From Mycolicibacterium smegmatis (GTDB lineage Bacteria; Actinomycetota; Actinomycetes; Mycobacteriales; Mycobacteriaceae), in contig NZ_LN831039.1 in NCBI RefSeq assembly GCF_001457595.1, positions 2,310,001 to 2,342,000 on the forward strand: 32,000 nucleotides of DNA. Reading direction: 5' to 3'. Positions 9,033 through 15,246 of the stretch are shown here, one piece after another. Position numbers and translations under genes: made by a program. Position 1 is the first letter of the stretch; every line of letters begins with the position of its first letter. The notes beneath the pieces are model-generated. The model was given only the letters and a program-made list of their open reading frames with translations. It ran no database searches and was not told the origin of the DNA.

Positions 9033-10000
9033 CACGGGACGCCGTCACGCGCCGGGTCGGGTTCCTGGGTCTCGGGAACATGGGTCGTCCGATGGCGAGA
9101 CGGCTGGCCGCGTCGGCAACCCCGCTCACGGTCTACAACCGGACGACGGCCAAGTGCGCGGAATTCGCCGATCTAGGTTGCGAAGTCGCCGAGTCAGTGG
9201 CCCGGATGGGCCACTGCTCGGTGCTTCTCACCATGCTCGGAACCGACGATGACGTGGCGCAGGTGTACCTCGGCGATGACGGGCTCGTGGCCAACGCCCG
9301 TGCGGGTGCGGTGCTCGTCGACTGCTCGACCATCTCGCCCGACATGTCGGCGCGCGTGCGGGCGCGGTGTGACCGAGCGGGCGTGCACTTCTTGGCGGCG
9401 CCCGTCGCGGGAGGCCCGCCGGTCATCGAAAGTGGTGGCCTCGCAATGGCAGTCAGCGGTGACCGACAGGCCTTCGAACATGCCGCAGACGTTCTTCGCG
9501 TCGTCGCGCCCAATCTCATCTACGTGGGCCCGGGCGATACCAGTCGCCTGGTGAAGATCTGCCACAACCTCCTGGTCGCCGCGACTTTGGAAGTGCTGGG
9601 GGAGTTGTGTGTCCTCGCTGAATCCCATGGGGCGAGTCGTCAGGCTCTGCTGTCCTTCCTGCGCAGCACGGCGATCAGCAGCCGCTTCATCGAGTACAAG
9701 GCGCCACTGCTGGAATCCCTCGATTTCACACCGGCATTCACCAGCAGCCTCATGCAGAAGGATCTCGAGTTGGGCCTCGGGTTGGCGGGTCAGGCCGACG
9801 TGACGATGCCGGTGACCGCCCAGGTGCACGCGACGTACCGGGCCGCCAACGAGTCCGGGCTCGCCGAACTGGACGCCGCGGCGGTCTACCTGTACCTCGC
9901 CGGTTCTAACCCGCCTGAGCGAGCAGGTGGTGGCGACGACCGATCCGGTCGAAACGGCGGGCCCGCTCGGCCAGACGGCGCGCCGGATCCTCACCGGTGA
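9020..10000 (+). CDS. NAD(P)-dependent beta-hydroxyacid dehydrogenase (3-hydroxyisobutyrate / 6-phosphogluconate dehydrogenase-like family)
   Basis: Rossmann start VGFLGLGNMGRPMARRL, then the family core. ATG 9020 is the first plausible start in the long track ORF 8684-10000. The last 35 or so codons are low complexity and overlap the convergent gene. Confidence 0.85.
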   Translation: MAPVARDAVTRRVGFLGLGNMGRPMARRLAASATPLTVYNRTTAKCAEFADLGCEVAESVARMGHCSVLLTMLGTDDDVAQVYLGDDGLVANARAGAVLVDCSTISPDMSARVRARCDRAGVHFLAAPVAGGPPVIESGGLAMAVSGDRQAFEHAADVLRVVAPNLIYVGPGDTSRLVKICHNLLVAATLEVLGELCVLAESHGASRQALLSFLRSTAISSRFIEYKAPLLESLDFTPAFTSSLMQKDLELGLGLAGQADVTMPVTAQVHATYRAANESGLAELDAAAVYLYLAGSNPPERAGGGDDRSGRNGGPARPDGAPDPHR

Positions 10001-11414
10001 GCGCCCACAACTCCGCCTGTATGGCCGCACCCGTCCGGCGGCTGAACATCTCGGGTTCGCTTGCGGCGTCGGGATGCTCGGCGATGATGCGGTCGACGAG
10101 GCCGTGCTCGAACAGGTCTGTCGAGCGCACGCCTTGTTGTTCGGCCATCTCGGCGGCATGAGCGGTGTCGCGGTGCAGGATGGCGCTGGCACCCTCGGGC
10201 GGAAGAGGGGACAGCCAACCGTGCTGCGCGGCCAGGACACGATCGGCCGGCACCAGGGCCAGCGCGCCGCCGCCGGTGCCCTGACCGAGCAGCACCGACA
10301 CCGTCGGCACGGGAAGACTGACCATCTCGGCGATACACCGGGCGATCTCCCCGGCCAGGCCGCCCTCCTCGGCCTCCTTCGACAGTGCCGCCCCGGCGGT
10401 GTCGATGACGGTCACCAGGGGCAGGTCGAGGTCGGCGGCCAGGCGCATGCCGCGGCGCGCCTGTCGTAGCGCGCCGGGTCCGAGCGGTGTCTGCGGGGTC
10501 TGCCCGCGACGGTCCTGACCGAGCACCACACACGGCAGATGCCCGAACCGGGCCAGCGCGAGGAGCAGGCCGGGATCGGTTTCACCCTGCCCGGTTCCGC
10601 TGAGCGCGAGGACGTCACCGGCCGCGTGGTGCAGGAGTTCGCGCACACCGGGTCGGTCCTCGCGACGCGACGCGCACACCGACTGCCACGCGGGGACGTC
10701 GACGCCCACCGACACTTTCGCGGTGGCGGGTGCCTGCGTGGTCCGTCGCGCACGCATCATGACGCTCAGGGCCCGGTCGACCACCTCGGGCAACCGGTCG
10801 AGCGGCAGCACCCCGTCGATCAGCCCGCACGCCTCGAGGTTCTCGGCGGTCTGGACGCCTTCGGGGAACGGCGCGTCGTAGAGCGCCTGGTACACGCGCG
10901 GGCCGAGGAAGCCGATCATCGCGCCCGGTTCGGCAAAAGTGATGTGTCCCAACGATCCCCACGAGGCGAACACGCCACCTGTGGTGGGATGGCGCAGGTA
11001 CACCAGATAGGGCAGGTGCGCGGCCTTGTGGTCGACCACGGCCGCGGTGATCTTGACCATCTGCAGGAAGGCGGCCGCGCCCTCCTGCATGCGGGTGCCA
11101 CCCGAGGTGGGCAGCGCGAGCAGCGGCAGTTTCTCCGCGGTCGCGCGGCGGATCGCGGCGGTGAGCCGCTCGCCCGCGGCGATGCCGATCGATCCGCCGA
11201 GGAAGCGGAAGTCGCACGCAAGCAGGGCAATCCGGTGACCTTGTACGTAGGCTGCTCCGGTGATCACGGCCTCGTCGAGACCGGTGACAGCGCGTGCGTG
11301 CGCGAGGTCCCGCGCATAGACGGGATCGAGATCCTCATCGGTGACGGGGGAGTCCCATGAGGTCCACGAGCCGTGGTCGACCACCGTGGTGATCACCTCG
11401 TGCGCGGCGGTCAT
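9906..11414 (-). CDS. Fused carboxyltransferase: AccD-like beta half plus AccA-like alpha half, with no zinc-finger N-terminus
   Basis: Start MTAAHEVITTV at 11414, in a 4-nt ATGA overlap with the upstream CoA-transferase stop. The beta-type motif is DFRFLGGSIGIAAGERL...SGGTRMQEG. The alpha-type motif is PLVTVIDTAGAALSKEAEEGGLAGEIA...LLGQGTGGGALA. The track ORF extension 11415-11606 was rejected. Confidence 0.85.
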   Translation of the reverse strand: MTAAHEVITTVVDHGSWTSWDSPVTDEDLDPVYARDLAHARAVTGLDEAVITGAAYVQGHRIALLACDFRFLGGSIGIAAGERLTAAIRRATAEKLPLLALPTSGGTRMQEGAAAFLQMVKITAAVVDHKAAHLPYLVYLRHPTTGGVFASWGSLGHITFAEPGAMIGFLGPRVYQALYDAPFPEGVQTAENLEACGLIDGVLPLDRLPEVVDRALSVMMRARRTTQAPATAKVSVGVDVPAWQSVCASRREDRPGVRELLHHAAGDVLALSGTGQGETDPGLLLALARFGHLPCVVLGQDRRGQTPQTPLGPGALRQARRGMRLAADLDLPLVTVIDTAGAALSKEAEEGGLAGEIARCIAEMVSLPVPTVSVLLGQGTGGGALALVPADRVLAAQHGWLSPLPPEGASAILHRDTAHAAEMAEQQGVRSTDLFEHGLVDRIIAEHPDAASEPEMFSRRTGAAIQAELWALTGEDPARRLAERARRFDRIGRRHHLLAQAG

Positions 11415-12631
11415 CGCCGTCCTGCCGTGAGCTCGTCGATCAGGTGGTTGTCGGCGCCCAGCACGGGCGGGGCACTGTGGTCCCGTCGCGTGCGCTCGGG
11501 ACCCGCGACATCGAAGAAGCGCAGCGGCGGCCCGGGCAGGGTGATCTTGCCCAGGGTTGCGTGGTCGACGTCGATGAGCAGTCCCTGTGACCGGGTCTGC
11601 TCCCATTCGTAGACCTCCCGCAGATTCCGGATCCGCCCGGCGGGTACCCCGATCTGGTCGAGGATGCCGAGCAGTTCGTCGGTGGAGTACAGCGAGAACA
11701 CGTTCTGGACAAGGTCGTTGACGCGTTTCTGGTTGGCGACGCGCTCGGGGTTGGTCGCCATGCCGGGCGCGTGGGCGTCGAGGTGGAAGCCGTCACAGAA
11801 GCGTTTCCACAGGCCTTCGCTGCCGACGGCGATCTGTACGGCACCGTCGGCGGTGTCGAACAAGCCGTACGGGCAGATCGACGGATGATGGTTGCCGGTC
11901 GCCTCGCCGATCTGACCGGCGACGGTCCACTTGGTGCCCTGGAAGGCGTGTACGCCCACCACGGCCGCCAGCAGCGACGCGCGGACCACCTGACCCCGTC
12001 CTGTGCGGGCGCGTTCGTTGAGGGCCGCCAGGACACCGAAGGCGCCGTACATGCCCGCCAGCAGGTCGGCGATCGGCACCCCGACGCGTTGCAGGTCATG
12101 GGGATTGGCTCCGGTCAGTGACATCAGGCCCGCCTCGCCCTGGGCGATCTGGTCGTACCCGGCGCGGCCGGCCTCGGGGCCGTCGTGCCCGAATCCGCTG
12201 ATCGACAGGATGATCAGGCGCGGGTTGAGTTCCTGCAGCACTTCTTCGGAGAAGCCGAGCCGGTCGAGCACGCCGGGGCGGAAGTTCTCCATGAGGACGT
12301 CGGCGCGGCGCAGCAGTTCGGTCAGCGCGTCGCGACCCAAGGGGCTCTTCAGGTCGAGCGTGACGGACTTCTTGTTGCGGTTGGCGCTCAGGAAGTAGGT
12401 CGATTCCCGTTCTGCCCCGGTGGGTTCGATGAACGGTGGCCCCCAGCCGCGGGTGTCGTCACCGCCAACGGGACTCTCGACCTTGATGACGTCGGCGCCG
12501 AGATCGCCCAGCATCATCGCGGCGTGCGGGCCTGCGAGTGCGCGGGTCAGATCGACGACCGTGAGGTCGGCCAAGGGGCCGGCCGACAACGCCAACTGTG
12601 GTCCGTCGCTCGGGTGGATGGTGTCCGTCAT
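11411..12631 (-). CDS. Type III (CaiB/BaiF family) acyl-CoA transferase
   Basis: 406 aa. The family hallmarks are LADLTVVDLTRALAGPHAAMMLGDLGADVIKVE and the catalytic-Asp region ISGFGHDGPEAGRAGYDQIAQG. GGGAGG (complement of 12637-12642) lies 5 nt upstream of ATG 12631. Confidence 0.9.
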   Translation of the reverse strand: MTDTIHPSDGPQLALSAGPLADLTVVDLTRALAGPHAAMMLGDLGADVIKVESPVGGDDTRGWGPPFIEPTGAERESTYFLSANRNKKSVTLDLKSPLGRDALTELLRRADVLMENFRPGVLDRLGFSEEVLQELNPRLIILSISGFGHDGPEAGRAGYDQIAQGEAGLMSLTGANPHDLQRVGVPIADLLAGMYGAFGVLAALNERARTGRGQVVRASLLAAVVGVHAFQGTKWTVAGQIGEATGNHHPSICPYGLFDTADGAVQIAVGSEGLWKRFCDGFHLDAHAPGMATNPERVANQKRVNDLVQNVFSLYSTDELLGILDQIGVPAGRIRNLREVYEWEQTRSQGLLIDVDHATLGKITLPGPPLRFFDVAGPERTRRDHSAPPVLGADNHLIDELTAGRR

Positions 12632-12666
12632 GGGGGCCTCCCTGAATCGGTCTGGCTCGGAGATCT

Positions 12667-12689
12667 AGTGGCTGAGTGGACTAGCCACT
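12667..12689. promoter_or_regulatory. Inverted repeat AGTGGCT-N9-AGCCACT in the CoA-transferase operon upstream region; candidate GntR operator
   Basis: Read directly. It lies 36-58 nt upstream of the CoA-transferase start. Its half-sites match the TGGCT/AGCCA arms found at 2041, 5417 and 14284. Confidence 0.4.
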
Positions 12690-12795
12690 TCAGCACAACA
12701 CCGGATGTCACTGAAGTCAACGGGTGGCCCGGAAAAATGAGGTGACTTGAGCCACAAGGAAATTTGGCCTCAACTCGCGCGTGATACGACGAATG

Positions 12796-12819
12796 CCCGA
12801 GGCGGGATTCCGCCTCGGG
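12796..12819 (-). terminator. Perfect 10-bp GC-rich hairpin (CCCGAGGCGG-gatt-CCGCCTCGGG) downstream of the permease gene; terminator without a strong U-tract
   Basis: The perfect stem was read directly. It lies 21 nt beyond the permease stop (12840) on the minus strand. The tail is only weakly U-rich, which is common in mycobacteria. Confidence 0.6.
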
Positions 12820-12839
12820 TCGATTCGCCTATGGGGTGG

Positions 12840-14240
12840 TTACAGCCAGCCGGGCAGGACCAGCGCCGCCCAGGCCACGAGCGGTCCGATCGCGATCACC
12901 AGGCCGCTGTATTTGAGGATCTGCCGGTAGAACACGTCGCGGTCGACCCCCTGGGCGTTCGCGAGCACCAGCGCGCCGTTGGTCGAGAACGGGCTGACGT
13001 CGACGATGGTCGAGGCGATCGCGAGTGCGACGACCACCCCGATCGGTCCGATGTCACCGGCCAGCAGCAGCGGAACCGCAAGGGGGATGGTGGCTCCCAG
13101 GATCGCGGTCGAGGATGCGAACGCCGAGACGATCCCGCCGAGGTAGCACAGCAGCAGCGCCACCAGAAGCGGCATGCCGAGCTTCGCAACGCCGTTGCCG
13201 ACCCATTCGACCGTGCCGGCCTCCTGCAGGACGCCCACGAAGGTGAGCACGCCGCCGATCAGCAGCACCGTGGACCAGCTGATCTGCGACACCGCGCCCT
13301 TTTGGGCCTTGGGCGAGGCGAGGGCCAGCACCGCGGCCACGGTCATCGCGACGAAGCCGACGTCGAGGTCGAGGATCAGCGAGAACAGCCCGAGCGCGCC
13401 GAGGCCGATGAGCGTGAGGATCTGGTCGAAGGATGCCGCGCGTCGGGGCAGGGGGCTGGTTGGCGTGTTCGGCGGTGCGGTCAGCGTGGCCGCCGAGGCC
13501 TGCGTGCCGTGGCCGGAGAAAACCGGGCTGCCCCCGCCCGACGGTGCGGAGCCACCACCGCCCGTGGAGCCTCCCGGGCCTCCGGTGCCGTCGGCCTCGA
13601 TCGCGCCGTCACCTTCGAAGCTCGCGGTGGTCTGCCCGAGCAGTTTGCGGCCGCCCAGGAAGATGAACAGCAGAACGCCGATGGCGGCGTTGAAGAAGAA
13701 GCTGCCGAGGAACAGCGCCAGCGGGCTGTTGAGTAGGCCGGCCTTGGCGACGATGTTGTTGACGGTGACGCCGTAGATGCTGATGGGGGAGAACCCGCCG
13801 GCCTGGGCGCCGTGGATGACCATCATGCCCATCAGCAGGGCGTTGATGCGGTATTTGCGGGCGAAGGTCAGCGCGATCGGCGCGATGATGGCGACCGCGG
13901 CGGGTCCGAGGGCGCCCAGTGCGGTCAGCACCGCGGTGATGCCGAACATCACCCACGGTATGAAGGCCACACGGCCTCTGACCAGGCGTAACGCGCCGCG
14001 GACCATGAGGTCCACGGTGCCGTTGTTCTGCGCTATGGCAAACAGATAGGTGACGCCGACCAGCGTCAGGAACAAATCGCTGGGAAACCCGGCGATGATG
14101 TCGTCGGTATCCATACCGACGGCGATCGTGCCGACGAGGAAGGCGGCGACGAAGCCCAGCGTGCCCATGTTGATGGGGAGCAGCGTCGCCGCTGCGAACA
14201 TCGCGATGAGGGCAAGAATCGGGATCAGTTCGAGCGGCAT
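12840..14240 (-). CDS. Ion-transporter-superfamily permease (SLC13/DASS, CitMHS or ArsB-NhaD-like anion/carboxylate permease) with a central Gly/Ser/Pro-rich linker
   Basis: Start MPLELIPILALIAMF at 14240, preceded by a GGAG-type RBS. Two multi-helix hydrophobic halves are separated by a low-complexity loop (about nt 13431-13628). The track ORF extension to 14300 was rejected. Confidence 0.8.
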   Translation of the reverse strand: MPLELIPILALIAMFAAATLLPINMGTLGFVAAFLVGTIAVGMDTDDIIAGFPSDLFLTLVGVTYLFAIAQNNGTVDLMVRGALRLVRGRVAFIPWVMFGITAVLTALGALGPAAVAIIAPIALTFARKYRINALLMGMMVIHGAQAGGFSPISIYGVTVNNIVAKAGLLNSPLALFLGSFFFNAAIGVLLFIFLGGRKLLGQTTASFEGDGAIEADGTGGPGGSTGGGGSAPSGGGSPVFSGHGTQASAATLTAPPNTPTSPLPRRAASFDQILTLIGLGALGLFSLILDLDVGFVAMTVAAVLALASPKAQKGAVSQISWSTVLLIGGVLTFVGVLQEAGTVEWVGNGVAKLGMPLLVALLLCYLGGIVSAFASSTAILGATIPLAVPLLLAGDIGPIGVVVALAIASTIVDVSPFSTNGALVLANAQGVDRDVFYRQILKYSGLVIAIGPLVAWAALVLPGWL

Positions 14241-14271
14241 CGGGAACTCCGAACGTCGTGCGAGCGGTGAA

Positions 14272-14305
14272 CCAGTGGAGCACTGGCCTAGCCAGTACAC
14301 CAGTG
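14272..14305. promoter_or_regulatory. Cluster of CCAGTG/CACTGG half-sites, including the dyads CCAGTG-gag-CACTGG and ACTGGC-cta-GCCAGT (contains TGGCCTAGCCA 14284-14294), in the divergent permease/GntR intergenic region
   Basis: Hexamers occur at 14272, 14281, 14292 (5 of 6) and 14300. Further copies lie at 14314 (5 of 6) and 14355. All were read directly. Confidence 0.45.
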
Positions 14306-14374
14306 GGACGAATCACTGTCAATAGGCGGGTGTGAGCCGTCCTACTCATCCTGTCACTGGTCGGCGGGTATTGT

Positions 14375-15091
14375 TTGGTTCAGAGAGTGGGTGAGCTAGT
14401 GGCTGAGCAACTGAGACCAGTAACGCGTCCGCGGCTCTACGAGGTCATCGTCGAGCAGTTGTGCGCATACATCTACAGCAATGAGATGGAGCCGGGGGAT
14501 CGGCTGCCCGCCGAGCGTGACCTGGCGGCCAAGCTGGGGGTGAGCCGTGCGTCGCTCAGCCAGGCGCTCGTGGCCCTCGAGGTGCAGGGCGTGCTGTCGG
14601 TACGGCACGGCGACGGCGCGATCCTCATCCGCAGGCCCACCGAGGAGGGCTCCATCCGGGCCCTGCGTGAGCACGCCGACCGTATCCCCGACATCATCGA
14701 GGCCCGCGAGGCACTCGAGGTCAAGCTCGCCGAACTCGCGGCGGCGCGGCGCACCGACGCCGAGATGGCGGCGATCGACGCGGCCATCGCGACGATGGAA
14801 AAGGAAGTCGAAGCCGGCGAACGCGGCGTCATGGGCGACGAAATGTTCCACGAGGCAATCACATCCGCGGCGCATTCGTCGTTGCTGGCCAAGCTCATGC
14901 ACGAGATCGCGGGGTTGATCCGGGAAACGCGGATCGAGTCGCTGTCGCAGGAGAACCGGCCGCGCGCGTCGCTGGAAGGCCATCGGCGTATCGCCGACGC
15001 GATCCGCAAGCAGGATTCGCAGGCCGCGGCACAGGCCATGGCCGAGCACATCCGCATGGTGTCCGACGTGGCGCTGCTGCGCGAGGGCTGA
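14375..15091 (+). CDS. GntR-family transcriptional regulator, FadR subfamily (LldR/PdhR-like architecture)
   Basis: wHTH signature LPAERDLAAKLGVSRASLSQALVALEVQGVLSVRHGDGAIL plus an FCD-type helical C-terminal domain. The start is uncertain: TTG 14375, GTG 14387 or GTG 14399, all in frame. Confidence 0.88.
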   Translation: MVQRVGELVAEQLRPVTRPRLYEVIVEQLCAYIYSNEMEPGDRLPAERDLAAKLGVSRASLSQALVALEVQGVLSVRHGDGAILIRRPTEEGSIRALREHADRIPDIIEAREALEVKLAELAAARRTDAEMAAIDAAIATMEKEVEAGERGVMGDEMFHEAITSAAHSSLLAKLMHEIAGLIRETRIESLSQENRPRASLEGHRRIADAIRKQDSQAAAQAMAEHIRMVSDVALLREG

Positions 15092-15174
15092 GCCTCGATC
15101 GGTCGGATCTGCGACGATTCGTCGCGCCGCCGAGTGCGGCGTACTCTTGCTCTTTCACCATACCGCCGGGACGG

Positions 15175-15191
15175 GGTCTTGCGGCAAGACC
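15175..15191. promoter_or_regulatory. Perfect 17-bp palindrome GGTCTTGC-G-GCAAGACC, resembling the rifamycin-associated element (RAE) of actinomycete rifamycin-resistance genes
   Basis: Read directly. It is flanked by G-runs (15173-15195) and lies 55 nt upstream of the HelD-type start codon. The match to the RAE consensus is from memory and unverified. Confidence 0.6.
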
Positions 15192-15246
15192 GGGGTGGTG
15201 GTGCAAAATCGCTGGCCCAAGCCAGAACTCGAAGATGTGAGGGTAC

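Noticed and set aside
11415-11606. 64-codon N-terminal extension of the carboxyltransferase ORF
   Set aside because: It overlaps the CoA-transferase 3' end and is Arg/Pro-rich. The AccD-like homology starts right after Met at 11414, which forms an ATGA coupling overlap.
12665-12676. Exact 12-mer CTAGTGGCTGAG shared between 12665-12676 and 14396-14407, considered as a dispersed repeat or mobile-element end
   Set aside because: Shared 12-mers are expected by chance many times in a 32-kb GC-biased sequence, and there are no flanking repeats or transposase. It is more simply explained as part of the operator family reported above.
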